The position numbers and the translations under genes are program-made. From Sedimentisphaerales bacterium (GTDB lineage Bacteria > Planctomycetota > Phycisphaerae > Sedimentisphaerales > Anaerobacaceae), in the NCBI GenBank assembly GCA_963708075.1, contig OY970194.1:4576001-4640000 (forward strand): 64,000 nucleotides of DNA. The letters run 5' to 3'. Shown here one piece after another: positions 31,207-41,751 of this stretch (its first letter is position 1; each line of letters begins with the position of its first letter). Below the pieces are notes generated by a model. That model was not told the DNA's origin. It was given only the letters and a program-made list of their open reading frames with translations, and did not search any database.

Positions 31207-31803
31207 TCATGACATGCCGGGAGGTCCGCGCGGGGCGAGGACAGTAGGTGTGCATTGCGATCTTCGCCAAAGGGAGATGATGATCTCCCGGCGGTATTGT
31301 GGTATGGGGTCCTCGGCTGCGCAGTCCGGCTGAACGAGACAGCAGGCCGTCGCATAGCAGAGGCAATCGGGCGAAATGGCGTGGCTGTGTCCAATCTGGA
31401 ATGGCCCGCCGTCGTGGTACCACTGCGGGATGTGACTGAAGGAGAGTCTCTTCACGACGGGAACGGACCGGCACACACCCAGGCCGAGCAAGGCATACAG
31501 GCACAGGCCGAAACTGTCCTGCCCATCCGACTGGATCCGCGCAGACGGCATCTCACCGCCCGGTCCCATACCGCCATGCAGATCAGGCAAGGATTTGACA
31601 GGCAGCGAACCGAGATCCGTAATGCTCAGGCAATCCAAGGGATTCGACAGACCCGTGTCTTGCTGCGTGGTCACGGCACAGGCGTGCGGCTGCCAAGGCT
31701 CGGCATCCGGCGGGGACACCGGCCGCATGTCGGCGCGAACGATCACACCGAGGGTCAGCACCCCGACGACTGCGACGAGAATCTCACTCCGTTGGATCAC
31801 CAC
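31207..31803 (-). CDS. Hypothetical leader-like protein: signal peptide, internal TM, C-terminal RGPP
   Basis: GTG start after GGAG; ILVAVVGVLTLGVIVRA-D; SDGQDSFGLCLYALLGLGVCRS; ends VLAPRGPPGMS. Confidence 0.65.
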   Translation of the reverse strand: MVIQRSEILVAVVGVLTLGVIVRADMRPVSPPDAEPWQPHACAVTTQQDTGLSNPLDCLSITDLGSLPVKSLPDLHGGMGPGGEMPSARIQSDGQDSFGLCLYALLGLGVCRSVPVVKRLSFSHIPQWYHDGGPFQIGHSHAISPDCLCYATACCLVQPDCAAEDPIPQYRREIIISLWRRSQCTPTVLAPRGPPGMS

Positions 31804-31955
31804 AGTCACTCCATCCTGGAAACCAGCTTTGACTACACCAGAAATAGTTCCCCGTGTCAAGCAGAATCCGAGAAGAATCCGGAGATTCGGTTCCCGATTC
31901 TCCTTTACACCGATGCGGTCTGCAGATCCTTGATCCCTCCGTGTCGCCTCTGGTT

Positions 31956-32030
31956 CGGATCAAAGTCAAGCGCCCTGCCGACCTCGAAGCCATCAAGACC
32001 CTGATCCAGATCAAGATGGTACATTGACCC
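31956..32030 (+). repeat. Direct repeat of the 3' end of the DUF3788-like gene
   Basis: 68/75 identical to 29666-29740 by manual comparison. Confidence 0.9.
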
Positions 32031-32381
32031 CCTCGCCAAACGAACACGAGGCCGAAGCCAGTCGGGACCGTCGTGCGATGCACCCGTGTGCTGGGTCACC
32101 CGGCAAAGGATCGACGCCCGGCGAAGAACATCGCGCAACGGCGCACCGAAGTCGGCAAAAGCGAATCATGAAGACACGGGCCAGGGACGCCGGCCATCGG
32201 AGATTGTGCTTAGCAATCTACTGAAAGGACCCGCTTTAATTCCTTAATGCCGGGCCGCTGGAGTCCTTGCGGCGAGACTCCCATGATATAGAATAGGGTC
32301 AGGCGGCCTCAACTGTACTCCCGATGGAGTGCATCCGTTGAGTGCCGTGGGAAGCACCGATCAATGTCATGGGGGACAATC

Positions 32382-33890
32382 ATGCCAGCGAAGAAGGTCA
32401 CAGCCGACGAGAAGAACGACATCCAACTAGTGAAGACGGGTATCGCCGGGCTGGATGACATCCTGCGCGGCGGTCTGAGCCCGGGCGGACTCTACCTGAT
32501 TGAGGGCACATCGGGCACAGGGAAAACGACCCTGGGCCTGCAGTTCGCCCTGACGGGTGCGTCCCAGGGCGAGTCCGTGGTGTATGTAACGCTGTCGGAG
32601 ACCCAAAGAGATCTGGAGTCGGTCGCGCGCTCGCACGGCTGGGATGTGGAGAAGGTCCACATCATGCAGGCTCTGGCGCCGCAGGCGAAGGCAGCCACGA
32701 TGTTCTATCCCTCCGAAGTGGAGCTTGAGGAGCTGATGACGCGCTTGAAAGAGGAGATCCGGCGGATCGCACCGGCGCGGATCGTCATCGACTCTCTCTC
32801 GGAGATCCGCCTGATGGCGGAGGGTCCGCTGCGGTATCGCCGGGAAATGATGGGGCTCAAGCAGTTCCTTGCCTTCGGCCGAAGCACGGTCCTGCTCCTG
32901 GAGGAGTCCACCGCCGAAAGCAGCCTGCGTACGTTCGCCGATGGCGTGATCCTGCTGGAGCAGTTGGCTCCCGAGTACGGGTCGGAACGCCGACGACTGT
33001 GGATCGTCAAGGCCAGGGGCAGGACGTATGTCGGCGGGTTTCATGACTTCGTGATCCGAAAGGAGGGACTGGAAGTCTTTCCGCGCCTTGTGGCGGCGGA
33101 GCATCGCGAGGAGCCGCACAAGCTCGAAGTGCTGCCGAGCGGCATTGCCTCGTTGGACGCCCTGCTCGGCGGCGGCCTCATGACGGGGTCAAGCACGCTG
33201 CTCGTGGGTCCGGCCGGCACGGGCAAATCCTCTATCGCCATGCAGTTCGCCGTCAGCGCTGCCGAGCGAGGCGGGAACGCGGCGGTATTCACCTTCGATG
33301 AGCGCCCGGAGACGGCGATCGCACGGGCCTCGGGGCTGCATATGAGTGTCCAGGTGCATATGGATGACGGCCGGCTCCGCATTCAGCAGTTGGACCCGGC
33401 GGAGCTCACTGCGGGCCAGTTCGCTCACATCGTCCGCGCGGAAGTGGAATCTCATAACGTGAGCGTCCTGGTGATCGACAGTCTCAACGGCTACCTGCAG
33501 GCCATGCCGGATCAGCGGTTCCTGCTCGCCCAGATGCATGAATTGCTGATGTACCTCGGCCAGCGGGGCGTCGCCACGTTCTTCGTCATGGGGCAATCCG
33601 GTGTCGTCGGCGATACTCTGTCGCCGGCAGACGCCAGCTATCTCACGGACAACATGCTCCTGTTCCGTTTCTTCGAGGCCCAGGGCGAGGTTCGCAAGGC
33701 GATCTCGGTCGTCAAGAAACGAGGGGGCTCCCATGAGATCGCCATCCGCGAACTAAAGTTCGGGCCTGAGGGTATAACGGTTGGTGAAGCGTTGCGCCAG
33801 TTCCAGGGAATCCTGACCGGCGTGCTAATCTTCACGGGGGCTCCCAACCAGTTGATGCAGGCAAAGGATGGCACAGGCCAAGGAAAGTAA
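32382..33890 (+). CDS. KaiC-like double RecA-domain ATPase
   Basis: Two Walker A motifs (GTSGTGKT, GPAGTGKS), IVIDS/LVIDS, ISVVKKRG. Confidence 0.9.
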   Translation: MPAKKVTADEKNDIQLVKTGIAGLDDILRGGLSPGGLYLIEGTSGTGKTTLGLQFALTGASQGESVVYVTLSETQRDLESVARSHGWDVEKVHIMQALAPQAKAATMFYPSEVELEELMTRLKEEIRRIAPARIVIDSLSEIRLMAEGPLRYRREMMGLKQFLAFGRSTVLLLEESTAESSLRTFADGVILLEQLAPEYGSERRRLWIVKARGRTYVGGFHDFVIRKEGLEVFPRLVAAEHREEPHKLEVLPSGIASLDALLGGGLMTGSSTLLVGPAGTGKSSIAMQFAVSAAERGGNAAVFTFDERPETAIARASGLHMSVQVHMDDGRLRIQQLDPAELTAGQFAHIVRAEVESHNVSVLVIDSLNGYLQAMPDQRFLLAQMHELLMYLGQRGVATFFVMGQSGVVGDTLSPADASYLTDNMLLFRFFEAQGEVRKAISVVKKRGGSHEIAIRELKFGPEGITVGEALRQFQGILTGVLIFTGAPNQLMQAKDGTGQGK

Positions 33891-35590
33891 GAAGAATAGA
33901 CCAGCCCATCGCGTGTTGATGTACGCGCAGACCACGGAAGATATTTCGATTCTCCAGGATATCCTGGCCGGGATTGGGGCCGAGGGGGTGGTCTGTACCG
34001 ACTTTGGGGACCTGTGCCGGCAAACGGCTCAGGATGTGGATGCGGTATTATTGACTGAACAATCGATTGTGGATGGAGCATTGCCGATCCTGGCCGAAGC
34101 GCTGCAAGGTCAGCCGGAGTGGTCGGACCTGCCTGTCCTGTTCGTCGCGGCCGGCGGGGCCGAATCCCCCCTGGCGGTGCAGGCGATGCAGGAACTCCGC
34201 AATGTGGTCATCCTCGACCGGCCCGTACGCATCGCGACGCTCGCCAGCGTCCTGCGGATGGCATCGCGGGTGAGAGACAAGCAGCGTCAGGTTCGCGATC
34301 TTCTGCAAGAGCGAGAACCGGCAAGAGCAGCGCCTGCGGCGGTTGACGGAGCTGTTGGAAGAAGACGTCAAGGCGAAGACGGAGACACTGACGGGCACGA
34401 TAGACCGGCTGCATGACGAGGTGGCCGGTCGCACGCTGGCGGAAGGGAGACTCTACAAAAGCTCGCAGATGCTCGAGGCGTTCTTTGAGCATACGATCAG
34501 CCCCCTGGTGTTCATGGATCGAAACTTCAACTTCGTACGGGTCAACAAGGCCTACGCCAGAGTCCATGAAAAGAGCCCTGAGTACTTCGTCGGCAAGAAC
34601 CTTTTCGCCCTGTATCCAAGCTTGGAGGATCAGGCGATTTTCGAGGAGGTCATGCGGACCCGGCAGCCGTACCGGGCCTATGCCAAGCCTTTCGCTTTTC
34701 CCGATGCCCCCCAACCGGACGTAACCTACTGGAACTGGTGGCTCACGCCTTTGCTGAATAACCTTGGCGAGGTGCAACTCCTTGTGCTGAACCTGGAAGA
34801 CGTGACCGAGCGGCAGGAAGCTTTCTTCGAGCTGCAGGAGCGGACGCTCCAGCTTCAGCAACTGACATTGGAGCTATCGCAGACGGAGGACCGCGAGCGC
34901 AAGCATCTGGCGGAGATCCTGCACGACGACCTGCAGCAATTGCTCGCGGCGGCCAAGTTCCACGTCGGCCTCCTGAGCCGTCGCGCCAGGGGCGACGAAG
35001 AGTTGCTGGAGATGGTCGGGCAGGTCAAGGCGATGCTCGTGGAGGCCATCGAGAAATCCCGCAGCCTGTCGCATGAACTCAGTCCGCCCGGGCTCTCCAA
35101 GAGCGATCTCCATGAAACCTTCGAATGGCTCGCGCAGCAGTTCCAGACGAAGCACGGCCTGACGGTCTTTCTGGATGCCTGTGAGGGGATCGAACTGCCA
35201 TCGGAGCCGCTCAGGGCCATTCTCTACAAGGCGGCCCAGGAGATGCTGTTCAATGTGGTCAAGCACGCCGGGGTCACGGAGGCAACACTGCGGCTGCGGC
35301 GCCGGGGCGGATATATCTGCCTGTCCGTGTCCGACAGGGGCCGGGGATTCAATCCGGAAGAACCCGGCCGTACCGGCGGGTTCGGGCTCCTGAGCATCCG
35401 GGAACGAGTCAAGCTGCTCGGCGGCCGTATGAAGATCAGGAGCGCCAAAGGTAAAGGGAGCACGTTCCTCATCATCGTTCCGGATTCCCAGCCGCAAATG
35501 ACCCAGCCCAAGAACATCACCATTCAGAGTGTTCCTCGCCACGATCCGTGGGCCGAAAGCGGACGATATTCAGCGGCGGGCGCGCCATAA
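33868..35590 (+). CDS. Receiver-like + PAS + HisKA_3 (NarX/UhpB-type) sensor histidine kinase (frameshift near 34320)
   Basis: ERKHLAEILHDDLQQ, EMLFNVVKHA, SDRGRGF, GFGLLSIRER; N-terminal QPEWSDLPV..LDRPV module. Confidence 0.85.
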
Positions 35591-35624
35591 GGCACGTTGC
35601 CGATCCGGGCTTTTGCCGTGAGTC

Positions 35625-36110
35625 TCAGTCCGGCTCGGGAGGCAGGATGCCTTCAAGGCGTGCATCCACTTCCAAGTCGTATGCACAGGCGATCCGAGCG
35701 ATATGGATTCCAAACAGGGCTCGCAACTCACCCAGCGTGCTGTGGAGCTGGGCCTCGTAGGGCGGCCCATATCCTGACCTTGGAGACTGATTCTCCTCGA
35801 GAAACATGCGGCAGGCCGCCCGCATGGCTCGCAGGCCTTCCTGCAGGACAGAGTCGGCCGACAAACCTGCGAGGTCGCGGGTAAGCCGCTCGCGCAGGTC
35901 GATGATGGATTGCGCGACGAACGATCCGATCGCTATATCATAGGGGTCCCACAGGGCCGGCTGCTCCGCGAGATGGATCAGCACTCGCTTCGCCCTTTTT
36001 AGTTCCTTCTCCGGCGGATTCCAACTGACTCCGCCGACAGGAGTAGAAATACCGATCAGACGAGCGGCAAGCTGCCCACCTTTGAATCTCGTCTTCTGCG
36101 TCGTTGTCAT
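35625..36110 (-). CDS. Hypothetical protein (DUF6650-like)
   Basis: RLIGISTPVGGVSW..LRAMRAACRMFL..LGELRALFGIHIA. Confidence 0.6.
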   Translation of the reverse strand: MTTTQKTRFKGGQLAARLIGISTPVGGVSWNPPEKELKRAKRVLIHLAEQPALWDPYDIAIGSFVAQSIIDLRERLTRDLAGLSADSVLQEGLRAMRAACRMFLEENQSPRSGYGPPYEAQLHSTLGELRALFGIHIARIACAYDLEVDARLEGILPPEPD

Positions 36111-36297
36111 GTTCCAGACCCTTCATTCATTCGGATGCCTGATGGGCAAGGCTTCACACATCTGCCCAATCATCATACGGCCGCCGAATAGAGCTTGGTC
36201 GAGGTATTCCCTCCGTTCCCCTACGGTGCATTATGGGTCAAATCCATAGTTAGCTAGGTAAAGGTGTTTCCGTTAGGAGGCATTCATAGAACATTTT

Positions 36298-37080
36298 AAT
36301 AGGGACGGACCCTATTTTCTGCTGGACATGGCGACTGGTGGGGGTTAGGCATGAGGACATGCCCAGAACTGCACGAGTCGTGATACCCGGTTGCGTCCAC
36401 CATGTGACACAGCGTGGCAACAATCGCCAGGACGTGTTCTTCGTGGATGCGGACCGGCAGGTGTTCCTGCAATATCTGCGCGAGGCCGCGAAGCGATTTG
36501 CGTTGCAGGTGGAGGGCTACTGCCTGATGACCAACCACATTCATCTGGTCGTCACGCCGCAGCGGGAGGACTCGCTGGCGGCCGCCTTGAAGCGAGTGAA
36601 CCAGTTATATGCCCAATACGTGAACCGCATGCACGGCCGCAGCGGCCACCTCTGGCAGAATCGATTCTTCTCCTGCCCGCTGGATCTGGAACACGTGTGG
36701 CGAGTATTGGTCTACGTGGAGCGCAACCCGGTGCGTGCACGCCTGTGTCGAAAAGCATGGCAGTGGCAATGGAGCAGTGCCGGAGCTCATTGCGGCGGGG
36801 ATGACCCCTCTGAGTTGCTGGACATGGAGTCCTGGGAGCTGGACATGACTCCTGTCAAATGGCGACGAATGCTGGAACGCCCCGACGATGACCGGCTGGC
36901 CAGATCTCTCCAACTCTCGACAAGCCGCGGCCGGCCGCTCGGCAGCGACAGTTTCATAGCCAAGCTGGAGACCATGCTGGGCCGGCGTCTCCGCCCGTTG
37001 CCCCGAGGCCGGCCACCGAAGCCTAAGCACCACCGCGCCGCCACGCAGAAGGGGGAAATAAAATAGGGTCTGTCCCTATT
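36298..37080 (+). mobile_element. Y1/RAYT-like transposase element 1 with 21-bp inverted hairpin ends
   Basis: AATAGGGACGGACCCTATTTT (36298-36318) and AAAATAGGGTCTGTCCCTATT (37060-37080), 20/21 match. Confidence 0.75.
36359..37066 (+). CDS. HUH Y1 transposase (IS200-like / REP-associated tyrosine transposase)
   Basis: MPRTAR..HHVTQRGNNRQDVF, YCLMTNHIHL (HUH), YVERNPVRA, WSSA. Confidence 0.92.
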   Translation: MPRTARVVIPGCVHHVTQRGNNRQDVFFVDADRQVFLQYLREAAKRFALQVEGYCLMTNHIHLVVTPQREDSLAAALKRVNQLYAQYVNRMHGRSGHLWQNRFFSCPLDLEHVWRVLVYVERNPVRARLCRKAWQWQWSSAGAHCGGDDPSELLDMESWELDMTPVKWRRMLERPDDDRLARSLQLSTSRGRPLGSDSFIAKLETMLGRRLRPLPRGRPPKPKHHRAATQKGEIK

Positions 37081-37105
37081 ATCTCCCATTATCCTCCTAT
37101 TATCC

Positions 37106-38462
37106 GGCGAATTCACATGGTAAGTGCAACAGGAATATGAGAGCGACATCGCGAGTGGAATCCGGTAGCTTGGAGTTGTTCAAAGACTTCAGACTACGGA
37201 GTGCTCGCGATGTCGTACCACCATCTTACCATGGACGAACGCAATGTCATCTATCGAATGCAGTGGCAGGGCTATCATCCCGCCGAGATCGCCCGGTGTC
37301 TCGGCCGCCATCGCAGCACGATCAGCCGCGAGTACAGACGCAACGTCAATGTCGACGGCCGTTACTTCTCCAGCGACGCCCAAGCCCGGGCCAACAGTCG
37401 AAGACGGGCTCATCTACGGCGCCCCAAGACGGACAACCGTCGGCTGATGACCTACGTGGCGGCGCGTCTGGCGGACCGATGGTCGCCCCAGCAAATCGCC
37501 GGCCGACTCTCGAAGCAGGCCCCGGCGAATCTGGAGGGTCTTTCCCTCAGCCATACCACCATCTACCGCTGGATCTGGGCCGACCCTGAGCGGACCCGCC
37601 AGTTCCGTCCCTTTCTGCGAATCGCTCGAAAGCCCCGACGCAAGCCTTACGGCAAACCCTCGCGTCAGGGCCAAATTCTTGGCAAACGATCCATCGAGCA
37701 GCGTCCTGTCCAAGCCAACGAGCGAACTCAACTCGGTCACTGGGAGGGCGATACGATGGTCGGCAAAGACCGCCGCGGATACCTGCTGACCTGCGTGGAC
37801 CGCCACAGCCGCTACCTGATCGCCCGAAAAGTCGACGCCTGCGCCACGGAACCGGTGGCCCAGCGGCTCCACCAGACGATTCGCCGATTCCCACCCGCCA
37901 AACGCCGCAGCCTCACGTTGGACAATGGCCGGGAGTTCGCGCGTCCGAACGAGTTGGAAAAGACGCTGGACCTGCCCGTCTACTTCGCGCATCCCTACCA
38001 CGCATGGGAACGCGGAACCAACGAAAACACCAACGGCCTTTTACGTCAGTACCTGCCCAAAGGCACCGACCTGACCCAGGTCACCGACGGACAACTCCGC
38101 GCCTTCGTCCGCCGGCTCAACCACCGGCCCCGCAAAGGCCTCGACTTCCAAACCGCTTTTGAGGTCTTCCATCCTCGACCGTCGGGATAGCTCTTGCGAC
38201 CGACTCCCCTCTGGGATACACTGCCGGCACCGTGGCGGAGGATAGGGCGCTGCTGGGAAGCAACCCGAGCGCCGCTGCGGCCCAGGGACATGGGCGACGG
38301 GGAAGCTATACTACGTCGCCTTATCCCCTTTATCCTGCCTCTGGCCCAATGCGATAAATCCCAGCGGTCAGGGGACAGCGTCCCCTGAAGTACACAAATG
38401 AATAGGCGACCGGATGACTCGCTATCGTCGAGTCCGTGTTGCACTTCGCATGTTAATGCGCC
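37106..38462 (+). mobile_element. IS30-family insertion sequence
   Basis: 26-bp imperfect inverted repeats GGCGAATTCACATGGTAAGTGCAACA (37106-37131) and TGTTGCACTTCGCATGTTAATGCGCC (38437-38462). Confidence 0.9.
37210..38190 (+). CDS. IS30-family DDE transposase
   Basis: GRHRSTISRE, WSPQQI, GHWEGDT, TLDNGREF, WERGTNENTNGLLRQYLPKG. Confidence 0.96.
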   Translation: MSYHHLTMDERNVIYRMQWQGYHPAEIARCLGRHRSTISREYRRNVNVDGRYFSSDAQARANSRRRAHLRRPKTDNRRLMTYVAARLADRWSPQQIAGRLSKQAPANLEGLSLSHTTIYRWIWADPERTRQFRPFLRIARKPRRKPYGKPSRQGQILGKRSIEQRPVQANERTQLGHWEGDTMVGKDRRGYLLTCVDRHSRYLIARKVDACATEPVAQRLHQTIRRFPPAKRRSLTLDNGREFARPNELEKTLDLPVYFAHPYHAWERGTNENTNGLLRQYLPKGTDLTQVTDGQLRAFVRRLNHRPRKGLDFQTAFEVFHPRPSG

Positions 38463-38925
38463 TGTGGAATACTTACGTTGCTTTGGCTATATGGAGTACC
38501 ATCAGAGTACATGGTCATCAAAGTGAAACCATGCTGACTTAATGAGCCTCGGAGAATGAAACCGCGCGTGGAGATTTTGTTCTCCGTGTGTTTGGTCGGA
38601 TGTGCCACAGACATGCTTCGGATCGCACAGATATGCGGGAGCTTCGGTGAGTTGCGAGCTTTGATCCCCAACACCCGGCATATGCAAGCAACAACGTCTT
38701 GTTGTGTTTGAAGTAGCTGGAACGCACCATAGACCTGAAGGTAGCAAAGGCCGGCGTCTTCGATATGAGACTGGTTCAGGTAAGAATCGAATGCAAGCTC
38801 CGTGTCGCCCACTATGTCGAGAGCACTGCAGAGCGTGTTCCAGTCAGCAGAGCGCCTGATCAGCTCATGTTTCTTGCGACCACGATTGATCCGGTCCCGG
38901 ATCTTGCTCTCAAGCCCAGCAATGT

Positions 38926-38929
<4 letters not shown>
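38453..38929 (-). pseudogene. Hypothetical protein truncated by IS30
   Basis: Start overlaps the antitoxin stop; the last codons and stop fall inside the right inverted repeat of IS30. Confidence 0.6.
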
Positions 38930-39460
<531 letters not shown>

Positions 39461-39660
39461 CTACCGACATCCGACTTATCCTTCACCTACAGTCAAGATG
39501 ATAACGGGCCGCACAGTACAACGCAACAGAGAGAGCCCACATGCCGCATCGGCAATTGGGCCAGGTGCAGATTGTGTCTTGGGATGGGGTTTTCTCCGCC
39601 TTGCGATGTCTCAACGACTGACCGGATGCGCCCTCCGGCAGGAATTGGCGGGGAATGGGC

Positions 39661-39689
39661 TTGACAGGGGGCGGGGCTTGTGGCATACT
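39661..39689 (+). promoter_or_regulatory. Sigma70-type promoter for ilvB copy 1
   Basis: TTGACA-17 bp-CATACT with an extended TG. Confidence 0.7.
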
Positions 39690-39906
39690 TTATATGTCCT
39701 CGCATGAACTGCGGGGACGCAACCTGGTTCATCCCGATGTCGGGATGATTTTGGAGTTGCGGCTGGCTATGTATCTGTGGCCGGTCGGTCGCTCTTCAGG
39801 GTAAGAGTGATGGGCCGCCGCAGGAGCCTGAAAAGCCGCAATCCGCCGGAATAACCCAGGGTTCCTTTGGGTAGGGACCCGCCGTGTTGATCAGGAAAGG
39901 AAGGGT

Positions 39907-41730
39907 ATGCCAACTGATTCTCCGTCCCCGGCCGGTCCGGCCGAACGCCCAATCCCCAAAACCGGTGCTCAAATCATCGTTGACGCTCTGCTCGCGCATG
40001 GCGTGGACATCGTTTTCGGCTATACGGGCGCGTCTGTAATCCCTTTGTTTGACAGGCTTTATGAGACGCCCATCCGGATCATCGTGCCCTGTCACGAGCA
40101 AGGCGGCTGTCACATGGCCGATGCCTACGCCCGCGCCGGCGGCAAGGTTGGCGTGATGATCGCCACAAGTGGGCCCGGGGCGTGCAACCTGGTCACCGGT
40201 CTGGCTACGGCGATGATGGACTCGATTCCGCTCGTTGCGATCACGGGGCAGGTTCGGACCGATCTGATTGGCGACGATGCGTTCCAGGAGGCCCCCACCA
40301 CCGGGATCACTCGGTCGGTCACCAAGCATAGCTCGATCGTTATGAACATAAAGGATCTGGCCAGAACGATCTATGAGGCCTTTCATATCGCTTCGACCGG
40401 CCGGCCGGGACCTGTTCTGATCGATATTCCCGCGGATTTGGAGTTCCAGAGATACAACGTCAATGGCTCGATCCGCGTGAATCTGCCGGGCTACCGGTCC
40501 GCACACGAACGGACACGCCGGACAGATTGCCGAGGCGGCCGAGGCTATCAACCGCTCCGAGAGGCCGGTGCTGCTCGCCGGCGGCGGGGTCATCACCGCC
40601 AATGCCTCGCGAGGAGCTGCGCGAGCTCGCCCGCAAGGCGAATCTGCCTGTCGCGATGACATTGATGGGCCTGGGCAGCTTCGATCAGCGTCAGCCGCAA
40701 TCCCTGGACATGCTCGGCATGCACGGCACCGCGTATGCCAATTTCGCCGTGCAGGAGTGCGACCTGCTGATCGCTATCGGGGCGCGGTTCGATGATCGCG
40801 TTACCGGAAAGCTGGCGACCTTCGCCCCGAAAGCGAAGGTGATCCATATCGACATCGACCCATCGAACATCTCCAAGACTGTGTCGATGCCGATATCCCG
40901 ATTGTCGGCGATGCAAAGACCGTTCTCGCCGGTCTGGCGGAGGGCGTCGAGTATCGTGAAAGGGCTCCATGGTTCGCCAGGATCAGCGATTGGAAGGGCC
41001 GGTGTCCGCCGACGTATGATCGCCAGGCGACCACCATCAAGCCACAGTACGTTATCGAGGAACTATGCCGCCGGACGGATGAGAACACGATTATCACGAC
41101 CGGCGTGGGGCAGCACCAGATGTGGAGTTCGCAGTTCTACAGGTTCAGCCGACCCCGGCAGCTTATCACTTCGGGCGGGCTGGGGACGATGGGTTTCGGC
41201 CTGCCCGCGGCTATCGGGACGCAGATCGCCCGGCCGGACGCCACGGTCATCGACATTGACGGCGATCACAGCTTCAATATGACCATGGCCGAGCTGAATA
41301 CCGCCGTGCAGCACGAGCTGCCGATCAAGGTCTGCATCTTGAACAACGGGTACATGGGCATGATGCGGCAGTGGCAGGAGCTGTTCTACTCGAAACGGTA
41401 CGTCTACAGCCACCTGCGGAATCCCGACTATGCCGCGTTTGCCCGGGCGGTCGGCGCTGTCGGCATCACGGTCGAGTCGAAGGACGAGGTCGGCCCGGCC
41501 ATCGAGCAGATGCTCCGCGAGGACAGGCCCTGCGTAGTCGATCTTCCACGTCGATGCTGAGGAGAATGTTGTGCCGATGGTGCCCCCTGGCAAGAGGCCT
41601 GCACGAAATGGAGGGCGTGCGAGAGCGCTCCAGAACGCGATGTGAGGCCAGCATGGGTCCTATTCGTCCTATAGGTCCCATCTGCCTCGACTTCAGTCCC
41701 TTCGGGGAATGGTCGAAAGCAATTGACTAA
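39907..41730 (+). CDS. ilvB: Acetolactate synthase large subunit, copy 1 (multiple frameshifts; 3' end uncertain)
   Basis: [78 protein letters not shown] spread over several frames. Confidence 0.9.
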
Positions 41731-41751
41731 GAGAGTTCACCGCTATATGAT
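41723..41751 (+). promoter_or_regulatory. Sigma70-type promoter for ilvB copy 2
   Basis: TTGACT-17 bp-TATGAT. Confidence 0.7.

Noticed and set aside
32382..33890. Bona fide circadian clock kaiC
   Set aside because: No kaiA or kaiB nearby and the canonical phosphosite context is not retained; called KaiC-like only.
39855..39885. AGGGTTCC resembling the ykkC/ppGpp riboswitch core
   Set aside because: It lies just before the RBS with no room for the downstream conserved elements of that class; kept only as part of an unassigned leader motif.
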